DNA of 64,000 nt. Origin: a virus. Lineage: Duplodnaviria; Heunggongvirae; Uroviricota; Caudoviricetes. The stretch lies in IMG/VR virus record IMGVR_UViG_3300037312_000757; one strand, given 5' to 3'. Each line of letters opens with the position of its first letter. The first letter of the stretch is position 1. Position numbers and translations under genes: made by a program. Shown here in pieces: positions 18,427-26,957 of the stretch. A model generated the notes under the pieces. It had not been told where the DNA came from, ran no database searches, and saw nothing but the letters and a program-made list of their open reading frames with translations.

Positions 18427-18632
18427 CTCGTCCTCTCCTATGTCGTCTACCATATCATTATGGTACGTTCATATGAACCATCTATCAAGGCATTCTTCAG
18501 GAATAATTCATGGAGGTTATTAACTTTATCTAAGGAACACCATGATCCTATAGGCAAAGTATATGGAACCCAGGCAGAACTCTGAAAACATGATGGCACC
18601 CAATGGGTGCCATCATGTCATGTTGATACTGC

Positions 18633-18824
18633 TTAGAGATCGCCGCGGAGCCAGCCCTTGAGACGTAGTTCTTCTTCCTGCTCTTCGTTTATCTTCAGGG
18701 CGATATTCGTGTAGTTACCGACCGGGTTTGCTATTGACACGACGGCGTCAGCCAGGTTATGTCCATTGACGAACGCTTGAACGTTGAACCAGTTGCCCGG
18801 TACTGTGATGACGACTAGCTTCAT
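18633..18824 (-). CDS. hypothetical small protein
   Basis: 63-aa ORF overlapping the next by 4 nt. Confidence 0.45.
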   Translation of the reverse strand: MKLVVITVPGNWFNVQAFVNGHNLADAVVSIANPVGNYTNIALKINEEQEEELRLKGWLRGDL

Positions 18825-19018
18825 GCCGGCACCAAATCAACAGCAGCGACTTCGATGATGTCGATGAACGGAACACGACCGATGCGAACTTGGTAAAACT
18901 CCATGCCCTGGCGTTTCATACAGCGCATCTTGATGGAGCCCGTTCGACCTAGCATATTGCCGTAATCCTTCACCGTGTCGGTGGCGATCTTGACGATTGC
19001 ATTTTCCTTGAAGGTCAT
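18821..19018 (-). CDS. hypothetical small protein
   Basis: 65-aa ORF. Confidence 0.45.
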   Translation of the reverse strand: MTFKENAIVKIATDTVKDYGNMLGRTGSIKMRCMKRQGMEFYQVRIGRVPFIDIIEVAAVDLVPA

Positions 19019-19030
19019 CTGTTCTCTCCT

Positions 19031-19213
19031 TTATTCGTCGTTGGGGTCGCGATAGTTCTTCATCGCGTTGTATGTTTCAGAACAGCAGAAAGAACAGCAT
19101 ACAGGAGCGCCGCAAAGCAAGCATCCCATCTCACGATACGAGTACACGGTGTTGTGCCCGCAGTGCTCACACTCTTCGCCCGTGCCCTTCTTCTCTTCCG
19201 TGATCGTTGCCAT
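19031..19213 (-). CDS. Cys-rich zinc-finger-like small protein
   Basis: CEHCGH ... CLLCGAPVCCSFCC. Confidence 0.5.
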   Translation of the reverse strand: MATITEEKKGTGEECEHCGHNTVYSYREMGCLLCGAPVCCSFCCSETYNAMKNYRDPNDE

Positions 19214-19222
19214 GTTTTCTCC

Positions 19223-19399
19223 TTATTGAGTGAACGTGTAGAAGATGCCGAACAAATTCAGCTCTTCAATGTAGGCGCGAGCGTCGAGTGTGAAGAACTT
19301 GCCCTTGCTCATCATGATGTTTTCATGCAGACGAACGTTGTCCGCACACACGTTGAACTTGGACATCTGGGACATATTAATCGACAGTGTACCAGCCAT
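19223..19399 (-). CDS. hypothetical small protein
   Basis: Trimmed to MAGTLSI 6 nt after GGAG. Promoter repeat upstream. Confidence 0.45.
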   Translation of the reverse strand: MAGTLSINMSQMSKFNVCADNVRLHENIMMSKGKFFTLDARAYIEELNLFGIFYTFTQ

Positions 19400-19487
19400 G
19401 TTCATCTCCTGTTCATCTACCATGTTTCATATGGTATGTTCAAATGAACAGAAGAGCAAGCGGTATTTTTGCCAGAATGAAAAAAAG

Positions 19488-19877
19488 AAGGATCATGTGC
19501 AGGAGGACATGATCCTTCAGAGGCCTTGCTGAAGTTACCAGACGGGCATGCCTGGTAGAAACACGATACAGTCACGCAATACGTGGCGCAAGCATAAAAA
19601 GAGGGCCATAGCGTTTATTCTATGGCCCTTGTACCTACGCGTGTGCGGGAGCTACTCCACACGTTACCAGCGTAACGCTATGAAAATGCGAAATCAATAC
19701 AAACCTGTCATAAAAAGGAGACCATGACTTTCATCATGGTCTACGCAAGGGATCTTCGCTGTACGTGTGGAACGTACAAGACAACAATAATATTTTTGCA
19801 ATCAATTGTCAAGGCGACATGAAAATGAACCGTCTAGCGCAAAAAAAGAGGGATCATGTTTACATGATCCCTTTTAG
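19488..19877 (-). ncRNA. array of four tandem intrinsic-terminator units, candidate sRNA genes
   Basis: Four related hairpins at 19488-19517, 19601-19630, 19717-19744 and 19848-19877. Each is preceded on the plus strand by an A-run plus GAGGG, so on the minus strand each reads stem-loop then T5-7. Spacing is 113-131 bp with structured unique segments between them. No ORF in the 480-bp region. Confidence 0.4.
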
Positions 19878-19936
19878 GTTCCGGTTGTTCAGAAACTATC
19901 ACGACTTGTCCCTGGCCGTGACAACTTACTGTACAG

Positions 19937-20416
19937 CTAGTCTTGCTCGAAATCAACGTTGTTTTCTTCAATCACGTCAATTACTTCACTAGTAAAATTC
20001 TCAATCCACAGCGCAATCATTTTGCAAGCTAAAACAATCGAATGCGGCATGTTCCAGCATTCCTTCTTCACTTCATCAAAGTCGCTGTTGAACATTTCAA
20101 TATGGTCGTCAAGCTCATTCTTCCATGATTCTGGTGTTGCCGCGATTGTATTGCCAGGGTAGTTCGCATTCCACTCATGACGCTTTGCTTCAGTGTAATT
20201 GTTCTCTATACGCTGTACAGTTACGTCATACCACGTGTCAAGAACACCATCGACTAGTGAGTGCTCAGATTCATCACCATCCATGTGGCCGTCACTATAT
20301 CGAAACCACACTTCTTGATTTTCAACATAGACAGAGATGCCAGTTGCGTGATATGAACCGCAGCATTCACAGTCTTGCAGAGGTCCTTCGTAGTTCACGA
20401 TTTTGATTGTTGTCAT
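19937..20416 (-). CDS. hypothetical protein (CxxC pair near N-terminus)
   Basis: 159-aa ORF with no SD. A TATAAT sits immediately upstream of the ATG. Confidence 0.55.
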   Translation of the reverse strand: MTTIKIVNYEGPLQDCECCGSYHATGISVYVENQEVWFRYSDGHMDGDESEHSLVDGVLDTWYDVTVQRIENNYTEAKRHEWNANYPGNTIAATPESWKNELDDHIEMFNSDFDEVKKECWNMPHSIVLACKMIALWIENFTSEVIDVIEENNVDFEQD

Positions 20417-20439
20417 TATTATAACCGTGCAAAGAAAAA

Positions 20440-20458
20440 GCCAGTCTACATGACTGGC
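20440..20458. terminator. bidirectional intrinsic terminator
   Basis: GCCAGTCtacatGACTGGC flanked by an A5 run and TTTTATTTTG. Confidence 0.6.
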
Positions 20459-20489
20459 TTTTATTTTGTGTAAATGTGATGCTTACTTA

Positions 20490-20741
20490 TTAGTTGTCTC
20501 CCTCGCCATCTTCATCATCTTCATCATCTTCATCTTCGTCGTTTTCATCGCGGATGAGAGCGTTGAGCACGAGGTCATCAAAAGCGTAACGAGGCTCTTC
20601 AACATCAAAGTCCAGGAGCTTGCCGAAAATACCCGAGTCATCACCAACACCAGATCGACCTAACACTTCTTTGTCGAGCGGATACTTCTTCAGAATTGCC
20701 AAGGCCGCTTCCATCTTTGCAATCAGTTCACCGTTCACCAT
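20490..20741 (-). CDS. small protein with poly-acidic C-terminal tail
   Basis: Start MVNGELIAK after AAGGAGA. DEDEDDEDDEDGE tail. Confidence 0.5.
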   Translation of the reverse strand: MVNGELIAKMEAALAILKKYPLDKEVLGRSGVGDDSGIFGKLLDFDVEEPRYAFDDLVLNALIRDENDEDEDDEDDEDGEGDN

Positions 20742-20802
20742 GTTCATTCTCCTTTGTTTACCGTGTTCTTATGGTAATTTCAAATGAACATGATTACAAG
20801 CG

Positions 20803-21417
20803 TTATTTGAACTTATCAGTTACTTCAACGCGACGACCATCTTCAACCGTGAAGACCTTCAGGTTGTCGAACACGCGAGCGAAGCCGTAATCATAGTCGA
20901 CGGGATACCCCAGAACATGCTTGATAAGCCGTTCGTAATAAGCGCGACCACGCGAGTCTTCGTCCGTGCTTTCGGCTGACGTGAGACCCCACACTTCCTT
21001 GGTATCAGTTGACAGCTTCTCCCAGTGGTCTACGAAAATGTCGTGCATGATTTCTGCGTAGACTTCGAAGTCATGTTCTTCGTTGCCCATGCCTGGGTCT
21101 TCCCGCGAGTTTGTGCTACTGAAGAGGTGGGCAAGTTCGATGTAGAAGTCGAGATCTTCTTCTGTGAGATTGGTGAGCACTTGCGTCTTGTAGTTGTCAG
21201 CATCGTTTTCCCACGTCTCGATACGCAGTTCGTACCCGCCTTTCGCAAGCAGATCGCTCACCGGCGGAACATCCCGGCAGAAGCTCGCATTGCCAGTCAG
21301 ATTGCGAACTTTCTCGATGATCTCTTCAGCGACTGCACCATCCGGATAACAGCTTTCACGACTGGCGACTTCATTCAGAACGGCTTGAATGATACGAAAT
21401 TGCTCTTTGACTTCCAT
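20803..21417 (-). CDS. hypothetical protein
   Basis: 204 aa. RBS GGGGG. Confidence 0.6.
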   Translation of the reverse strand: MEVKEQFRIIQAVLNEVASRESCYPDGAVAEEIIEKVRNLTGNASFCRDVPPVSDLLAKGGYELRIETWENDADNYKTQVLTNLTEEDLDFYIELAHLFSSTNSREDPGMGNEEHDFEVYAEIMHDIFVDHWEKLSTDTKEVWGLTSAESTDEDSRGRAYYERLIKHVLGYPVDYDYGFARVFDNLKVFTVEDGRRVEVTDKFK

Positions 21418-21495
21418 CGTGCCCCCGTAAAAGAAAAAGCCATTCTAACTGAATGGCTTTCATTCTGCGTGCAAAATTGGCTAAATTAGCTTCTT

Positions 21496-21636
21496 TATGC
21501 GCCTTCTCTTTGATCCTCAACCCCTGCGGCGATGAGGTTTAATGCTACTCGCTTGACTGCATCTTCGTATATACCAAGACCAGTTGTAGACCACAAACGA
21601 ATCAATTCAAAAATGTCTTCTGCTGCGTGTGACACT
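21496..21636 (-). CDS. small ORF (46 aa), GTG start
   Basis: Below the ORF-track cutoff. AGGAGA 7 nt upstream of GTG. Followed by a terminator hairpin at 21439-21458. Coordinates ±1. Confidence 0.35.
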
Positions 21637-21950
21637 ACGTTGTCTCCTAGTTACCAATCAACTTATGTATTATGGTATGGAGCTAGATATGCCAACGCAA
21701 GCGCATTCTACTTAGTGTTTTCGCTTACGTGCTAATAGCTACAGTAAGAATTACTTAGATGGCTATGCGATTTATGAGACGTTATGGGCCCGAAACGGTT
21801 GCAGTTGAAATAAACCAACTTAGGTTTCCCGTCGTACATGACTGATGTGCAATATTCTGCACCTTTGGTACTTGACGAATAAAAATCTGCACTCAGAAGC
21901 ACATTCACCATGTTCCCGAAAATTTTCGGTTAGTTCAACTCATCAACATT

Positions 21951-21981
21951 GGAAAAGCCATTCAAATTGAATGGCTTTTCC
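21951..21981 (-). terminator. intrinsic terminator
   Basis: GGAAAAGCCATTCaaattGAATGGCTTTTCC. Confidence 0.55.
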
Positions 21982-22001
21982 ACAACGAATACGATTGCAT
22001 G

Positions 22002-22244
22002 TTACTTACTGTACATGATTTCTGTTGTTCGTTTTCTAGACAGTTGATTGATAATTTGATCCAAGCGCTCTTTAGCTTCGCAGTATTCTTTCCAAGCGGG
22101 AATCAACGTGATGACGTCTGGATCTGGGTGATTGTTGAACATGGTCCAATCAGTGGGTGGTACATACAAAATTTGTACCTGAGCATGTAATTTGAGTAAT
22201 CGTGGGATCGATACCTTTGATGATTCTTTTACATTGATCGCCAT
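22002..22244 (-). CDS. hypothetical protein
   Basis: 80 aa. RBS AGGAGAA. Terminator hairpin downstream at 21951-21981. Confidence 0.55.
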   Translation of the reverse strand: MAINVKESSKVSIPRLLKLHAQVQILYVPPTDWTMFNNHPDPDVITLIPAWKEYCEAKERLDQIINQLSRKRTTEIMYSK

Positions 22245-22348
22245 TGTTGTTTCTCCTTAGACGTTCAAATTGTAAGGTTCACACTTACAGAACATATATG
22301 AATAGTATGTTCATATTACTATATAATGCAAGCGAAGAATCAAAAGAA

Positions 22349-22372
22349 AAGGCCTCAGCGAAAGCTGAGGCC
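22349..22372 (-). terminator. intrinsic terminator downstream of the tRNA cluster
   Basis: AGGCCTCAGCgaaaGCTGAGGCCT followed by TTTTCTTTTG on the minus strand. Confidence 0.6.
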
Positions 22373-22405
22373 TAAATTCATCATGGTAAACGATGAAGGA
22401 GAAAA

Positions 22406-22482
22406 CTGGTCTCGGGTGTGGGATTCGAACTCACGTCACCTGGTCCCAAACCAGGCACACTAACCAGGCTGTGCTAACCCGA
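22406..22482 (-). tRNA. tRNA-Pro (anticodon UGG)
   Basis: Hand-folded cloverleaf: acceptor CTCGGGT/ACCCGAG, D-arm GCAC/GTGT, anticodon stem CCTGG/CCAGG with loop TTTGGGA, T-loop TTCGAAT, encoded CCA. Confidence 0.8.
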
Positions 22483-22611
22483 GATATGTAGTTCCGTGTT
22501 CATGGTTGTATCACAATCGTCTACAGCATACATGAACAGAGTGTCGACCCTCTTGGAACTACGGGGGTGGAAGTTCCGCATCCGCGTAGACTTGGAACTT
22601 CCGATCACTGT

Positions 22612-22623
22612 GGGGGGGGGGGG
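22612..22623. repeat. G12/C12 homopolymer tract inside the tRNA cluster spacer
   Basis: 12 consecutive G on the plus strand between tRNA-Pro and tRNA-Ala, within a highly structured ~165-nt spacer. Confidence 0.7.
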
Positions 22624-22651
22624 CCAGCTTTCGCCAGCGCCCTTAAAATCT

Positions 22652-22727
22652 TGGTGGAGGTAGACGGGATCGAACCGACGACCTTTAGCTTGCAAAGCTA
22701 CTGCTCTCCCAGCTGAGCTATACCCCC
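22652..22727 (-). tRNA. tRNA-Ala (anticodon UGC)
   Basis: GGGGGTATAGCTCAGCTGGGAGAGC... with G3:U70 Ala identity pair, anticodon loop TTTGCAA, T-loop TTCGATC, CCA. Confidence 0.8.
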
Positions 22728-22728
22728 A

Positions 22729-22804
22729 TGGTACATCCTGACGGGATCGAACCGCCGACCTTCGCCTTGTAAGGGCGTTGCTCTACCAGCTGAGCTAAGG
22801 ATGC
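22729..22804 (-). tRNA. tRNA-Val (anticodon UAC)
   Basis: GCATCCTTAGCTCAGCTGGTAGAGC..., anticodon loop CTTACAA, T-loop TTCGATC, CCA. Only 1 nt from tRNA-Ala. Confidence 0.75.
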
Positions 22805-22857
22805 ATTTTCAGAGACGCAACAATGACTGCTTTGCTGCTGTTCCGTAAGTGTTTCAC

Positions 22858-22886
22858 ATTCTATTTAGTTCTGTGCCAGTAGTCAA
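22858..22886 (-). promoter_or_regulatory. sigma70-like promoter for the tRNA cluster (TTGACT-17-TAGAAT)
   Basis: On the minus strand, TTGACT (22881-22886), a 17-nt spacer, then TAGAAT (22858-22863), ~50 nt upstream of tRNA-Val. Confidence 0.55.
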
Positions 22887-22965
22887 CAACTATTTTCAAT
22901 CGTTTCAAAAATATTTACCAACTGGCTTGGTTCGCGCTGCTAACACGTCACATAGTACAGCGCAA

Positions 22966-23790
22966 TCAGAACGACAGCAATTTACCCACAGCGCTTTCCA
23001 GCATGCGATGCAGCTCGAAGCCAATACCACGTTCCAGCTTTGCAATCTCTTCGTTCAGCTTCTCGGGCGTGCAATGTTCTTGCGCCTTCATGAAGAAGTG
23101 TTCGACACAGCCGTACACTTCTTCACGCCACCAAATGCTGTGCTTGGCCTTTTCGCCCAAAGTCGAGTGTAGCATATCGATCCGTTGGCCCCAGTCTTCC
23201 ACACGAAGCAGCTTGATTTTACCGGTGATTACGTACTGTGCAAGCAATTCACCCAAGAAGTCCAGATCATTCTCCAGCATGCCCATCCGTGCAGAGCGCA
23301 TCGTGCAAAGCATTATCAACAAAGCGTTGGGATGCTTGCCGAATCCGTTGATGCGACCACGTTCAAGCTTAGGTTCTTCGCCCGTCATGTGCTTGTAGCC
23401 TTCGCCAATCTCAGAGATTAAGTTGTATTCAGACACTTGACCACCAGCTTGGATTGCATGCGCCATACGGTGAACCATTGTCCACGCATTCATCGGCATA
23501 GCATTAGGGCCAGTAACATTAGTCGTGTGGCACAAATTGACACAGTCGGGACGGATGAGCTCATCGGGGCGGATCACATCACCACGCAAGCGGTCACCTT
23601 CCGCATGCACAAGATACGTGCCCAAGTGAATGTTGATGTTGAACTTGAAGGGCGTTACGTCGAACTGCCGATGAATCTTGGCTAACCCGGCTTCTGAGTG
23701 CAACAGCGCAACATCGGCATTGGACCAGCCTGCGCCTTTGCTTACACAGTTGTTCTTGTCACCATGAACGCCGAGATGTACCAAACTCAT
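22966..23790 (-). CDS. hypothetical protein (274 aa)
   Basis: Long ORF with GGAGAA RBS. No confident domain. Possibly a hydrolase. Confidence 0.65.
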   Translation of the reverse strand: MSLVHLGVHGDKNNCVSKGAGWSNADVALLHSEAGLAKIHRQFDVTPFKFNINIHLGTYLVHAEGDRLRGDVIRPDELIRPDCVNLCHTTNVTGPNAMPMNAWTMVHRMAHAIQAGGQVSEYNLISEIGEGYKHMTGEEPKLERGRINGFGKHPNALLIMLCTMRSARMGMLENDLDFLGELLAQYVITGKIKLLRVEDWGQRIDMLHSTLGEKAKHSIWWREEVYGCVEHFFMKAQEHCTPEKLNEEIAKLERGIGFELHRMLESAVGKLLSF

Positions 23791-23856
23791 CTTGTTCTCC
23801 TGTTAATCACCACAAACCAAGTTTAAGTTCATTTGGCGCAGGAATCAACAGATGAA

Positions 23857-24012
23857 TCAGTCGTTGGAATAAAAGAAAATGCGGTCTTTGCCGACAAACA
23901 TGTGGAGATGGATACCATTACGGTACTTGATACGGTCGTGTGCAATCACACCTAGGATACCAACGATGAGAACAGTACCAACAGCAAGACCGCAGCCAAG
24001 AACGAGCTCCAT
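23857..24012 (-). CDS. small membrane protein (51 aa)
   Basis: MELVLGCGLAVGTVLIVGILGVIAH... GGAG 8 nt upstream. The plus-strand ORF 23879..24073 is its antisense shadow. Confidence 0.4.
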   Translation of the reverse strand: MELVLGCGLAVGTVLIVGILGVIAHDRIKYRNGIHLHMFVGKDRIFFYSND

Positions 24013-24074
24013 GACGTTGCTCCAAAGTTATGACATTCAGATGATACTACCAAGTTTGGCAAGTATCAAGTGAA

Positions 24075-24293
24075 TTACTTTGGCTGCACAGTCAGGGAAA
24101 ACTTGATCATGAGGGCTTGTTGACGAGCGTTTTCAAGCTCAAAGATGTCGGACTTGAAGCAGAAGTCTGGTGAATCTTCCTGCTCACGTGTGAGGAAGGC
24201 AATACATTCATCGACGAATTGGTCGATGTCTTCTATGGTCGCATTGGGATCATATCCCATGTCCTTGATGCGATCAACGATTTTGGTCTGCAT
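24075..24293 (-). CDS. hypothetical small protein
   Basis: 72-aa ORF with weak RBS. Confidence 0.4.
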   Translation of the reverse strand: MQTKIVDRIKDMGYDPNATIEDIDQFVDECIAFLTREQEDSPDFCFKSDIFELENARQQALMIKFSLTVQPK

Positions 24294-24771
24294 GGTTGGT
24301 GTAATTCTTCAGCTTGGTTGCCAGTTTAATTCGTTTGACTTTCAAGCCATAAGCCTGTGCGGACGACGAAAGTTCCCCATATTTATAGCCTGCAAAACGT
24401 GTCAGTAGGGTGAGCATAATGTGCATGAAAATGCCACCATGCTCTTCGCTATCCTTCTCATCAATCATGTTGCAGAGAGTATGGGCCAATTCGTGAAGAA
24501 CAATTATATTGTTGCGAGACCACTTTGGGAGGTGTATCTCAGTATGGAAATTGCGAGCGTAATTACTACCACGACCATCAACCACTTTAGGCGCGGTGCC
24601 CTTCATATTCAGGGCTTTCCAGCATTCTTTTACCAATTCACGGCATTGCTTTAGGGTGATGATTGCTTCATCGCGGAAGGTGAAACGGGACGATTCCCAT
24701 GAATAACAGAGTTGCGTTTGGCCCGCAAAGTCACCCGCGCTTGGGGAATTGGCAGCACGTAGGTTGCTCAT
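24274..24771 (-). CDS. putative zinc metallopeptidase (HExxH)
   Basis: IVLHELAHTL motif. Start at MSNLRAAN, with AGGAG 8 nt upstream. Confidence 0.55.
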   Translation of the reverse strand: MSNLRAANSPSAGDFAGQTQLCYSWESSRFTFRDEAIITLKQCRELVKECWKALNMKGTAPKVVDGRGSNYARNFHTEIHLPKWSRNNIIVLHELAHTLCNMIDEKDSEEHGGIFMHIMLTLLTRFAGYKYGELSSSAQAYGLKVKRIKLATKLKNYTNHADQNR

Positions 24772-24850
24772 AATGCGGGCTCCTGTTATAATTGGCATCG
24801 ACCACGCAAATATTTAGTGGTGAAAAACGCCAATTAACAGCGCACACAAG

Positions 24851-25039
24851 ATGAGCGACAATAAAGATAAAAAGGCTTCATTGTGGGAAGCCACGAACAT
24901 GGGCTTCAACGACCGAGACACCGCCAAGTCACCAGAAGACGTTCTGGCAGCCCTCCAGTTGATTCGAGAGGCCCGGAAGCAGCTTGATGCGGCAGAGGCC
25001 CTATTGCTCGGAATTCAAGCCAAACTACAGGTGAAGTGA
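24851..25039 (+). CDS. hypothetical small protein
   Basis: 62-aa plus-strand ORF overlapping the next by ATGA-type junction. Confidence 0.45.
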   Translation: MSDNKDKKASLWEATNMGFNDRDTAKSPEDVLAALQLIREARKQLDAAEALLLGIQAKLQVK

Positions 25040-25260
25040 TGGACTACAGAATTGAGATCAAGGTCTCAGGGCCAGGTATGACGATCAACACTGAAATGGC
25101 ATTGATCGAAAAAGCGCTGCGTGATGCAGGCATTCCTGTGGATGTGGTGAACGAACACCCGGACTCACCGACCAGCAATCAGCTGAGTGAGAGTCACATC
25201 GAGTATTGCAGGAAGCGAGGTGTGAAGCTGGTGGCTAATCACTGCCCTTGGGGTGGTTGA
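25036..25260 (+). CDS. hypothetical small protein
   Basis: 74 aa. RBS AGGTGA. Followed by a GC hairpin plus T-run at 25270-25299. Confidence 0.5.
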   Translation: MMDYRIEIKVSGPGMTINTEMALIEKALRDAGIPVDVVNEHPDSPTSNQLSESHIEYCRKRGVKLVANHCPWGG

Positions 25261-25269
25261 AACACTGAC

Positions 25270-25288
25270 GGCGTCCCCTGGGGACGCC
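25270..25288. terminator. terminator between convergent genes
   Basis: GGCGTCCCCtggGGACGCC, with T-rich sequence downstream on the plus strand. Confidence 0.5.
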
Positions 25289-25309
25289 GTACTTACTTTT
25301 GGAAAGGAA

Positions 25310-25609
25310 TTACTGGTGTCGGACCATCTCGGGAGCCGGCATCAAGCCGTTGGGAGCACCATCGTTTACAACCCCTCCCATGTACTCCGGGTACAAAACC
25401 TGAAACTCGAGCAGCTTGTCCTTCAACTCGTCGTTTGACATGCGGTCGAACCCCGCACTCTTCGGATCACTCTTGATCTGATCACCCAGCAGCTTCAGCG
25501 CAACCTCCCGCGCGAACACCCACTTGAAACCGGCCGGTACAGTCATCGGCACCAGGTCAGGATAAACGGGATCATTCAGGAACTCTGCTACTTGCTTCTC
25601 TGCATTCAT
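25310..25609 (-). CDS. hypothetical protein, paralog family E (GGVVND motif)
   Basis: 99 aa. RBS AGGTGAG. Shares a VYP..VP...F.FAR.VA...L...GGVVND..NG pattern with the next gene. Confidence 0.55.
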   Translation of the reverse strand: MNAEKQVAEFLNDPVYPDLVPMTVPAGFKWVFAREVALKLLGDQIKSDPKSAGFDRMSNDELKDKLLEFQVLYPEYMGGVVNDGAPNGLMPAPEMVRHQ

Positions 25610-25895
25610 AACTCACCTGTGGTGTTTGAAATGCGTTAATGAAACCGTTCGTAACATCGTCGTTGACAACTCCACCGTATAGGTGGTAAGGAACAGCGCC
25701 CTCAGCTAGAAGGCATTCACCCAATTCCGCGTTGTTCATCGTTGAATACGTGAGTCGCAGATCTTCAGGCATGTCATCTTGCAACATTTCTAATACGAAG
25801 ATAGCAACAGTGCGGGCGAAAACAAAACACCCTTGGTTTGCGTCGCGGATAGGGATGGAGGTCGGATACACTAGATCATGTTCTTCCAAACTCAT
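25572..25895 (-). CDS. hypothetical protein, paralog family E
   Basis: Tandem paralog of 25310..25609. Start uncertain (Met1 or Met6). Confidence 0.5.
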   Translation of the reverse strand: MSLEEHDLVYPTSIPIRDANQGCFVFARTVAIFVLEMLQDDMPEDLRLTYSTMNNAELGECLLAEGAVPYHLYGGVVNDDVTNGFINAFQTPQVSYECREASSRVPE

Positions 25896-25955
25896 CACCT
25901 CATACAACAAAGGCTGACCCGCCGTGGGTCAGCCTTGTGTCAGTAGCAGCATAGC

Positions 25956-26798
25956 TTACGCGCTCTGCGTGCCTTCGTCCTTCTGCTTCTTCGTGCTGGC
26001 CTTCTTGACAGCAGCAGTCGTGCTCTTCGCCGCCGCCTTGGCCGCAGGGGTGTTCGCAGCTTCCGCCGCGGTTTCAGCAGCTTGGGCTTCACCGTTTGCT
26101 TCACCAGCTGCCGTGATCGCTTGTTCTTCAGCGCTCAGACCGAAGTGCTTGGCGAGTTCGTCCGCGCTCGACTGTACCGTCGTGTCGCCTGCCGACGTTT
26201 CCGAGGTTTCGGTCACGTTCGTTTGCGGTTCAGCTTGCGTGTCAGTCGTGGGTGCTGCCGGCGCTTCAGGCTGCGTAGCAGCTTCCGTCTTCTTGCCCTT
26301 CGACTTACCGCCCGTCGCTTTCTTTGCGGCCGGCTTGGCTGCCTTTTCCGTCTTTTCCTTTGCAGCTTTCGCCGGTTTCTCGGCCTTTTCAGCCTTGGCG
26401 GGCTTTTCGGCCGGCTCTTCCTTCGCGTCCGCCTTCACCGCAGTTTTCATCAGCGCGGAGTCGGCGACGATCAGCGTGGGCGTTGCGTCAGTTGCATCGT
26501 CCGGCAGTTCGCGCAGCGTGAACCAGCCGTAGCCTTCGTCGTTGAACAGGAACGACGCGCCGAGATCGGGACGGGTGTACTTGAGCTCTTTCAGGTAGCC
26601 AGCGGGAATTTCGACCAATGTCGCGCCGCTTTCAGCTTTTGCAGTGCGTGCCTGCAGGTTCTTTCCCGACACGCGGTAGCTGGGCCGCAACGCCAGGTAT
26701 TCGACACCACCGCGCTTCTTGATGTTCACACGAAGACGCGTGATGCCTTGCAGCAGTTCAACTGCCGCGCCATTGAATTGCAAAACCAACGAGGTCAT
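25956..26798 (-). CDS. Lys/Ala-rich histone-H1-like (AKP-repeat) DNA-binding-type protein
   Basis: ~110-aa N-terminal domain followed by ~170 aa of KAEKPAKAAKEK.../AAKAAAKSTTAAVKK low-complexity tail. GGAGAA RBS. GC-rich. Confidence 0.65.
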   Translation of the reverse strand: MTSLVLQFNGAAVELLQGITRLRVNIKKRGGVEYLALRPSYRVSGKNLQARTAKAESGATLVEIPAGYLKELKYTRPDLGASFLFNDEGYGWFTLRELPDDATDATPTLIVADSALMKTAVKADAKEEPAEKPAKAEKAEKPAKAAKEKTEKAAKPAAKKATGGKSKGKKTEAATQPEAPAAPTTDTQAEPQTNVTETSETSAGDTTVQSSADELAKHFGLSAEEQAITAAGEANGEAQAAETAAEAANTPAAKAAAKSTTAAVKKASTKKQKDEGTQSA

Positions 26799-26957
26799 GT
26801 GTAATTCTCCTTAAATCTTCATCTGGTCCTGGGGCAAAAAGCTTGCACAAAAATATTTGTGTAAATGAACTTTAACATCATCTGCTCACCTACACAAGCG
26901 CTTTATGAACATTCTTTTAGCAAACGAACAACACTTTCATTTAAAACTGGTAAAAAC

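Noticed and set aside
19456-19936. Possible CRISPR array (regularly spaced palindromic repeats)
   Set aside because: The four repeats are only related, not identical. Each is an A-run + stem + T-run terminator. No cas genes are present, and the spacing and repeat structure fit terminators or sRNAs better.
22483-22651. A fourth tRNA or a tmRNA partner for the phage SmpB in the tRNA-cluster spacer
   Set aside because: I could not fold a cloverleaf with a credible T-loop (no GTTCRANYC), and no tmRNA-type 5' GGGG...TTCGACG or 3' tRNA-Ala-like end other than the genuine tRNA-Ala. It may be a degenerate remnant. This needs tRNAscan/Infernal.
22966-23790. Calcineurin-like metallophosphoesterase call for the 274-aa protein
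   Set aside because: I could not find the GDxHG / GDxxDR / GNHE motif set. Kept as hypothetical.
25924-26804. Plus-strand ORFs (202 aa, 240 aa, 65 aa) opposite the histone-H1-like gene
   Set aside because: Ala/Arg/Ser-rich low-complexity translations of the antisense strand of a GC-rich Lys/Ala-repeat gene. The minus-strand gene has the RBS and a terminator.
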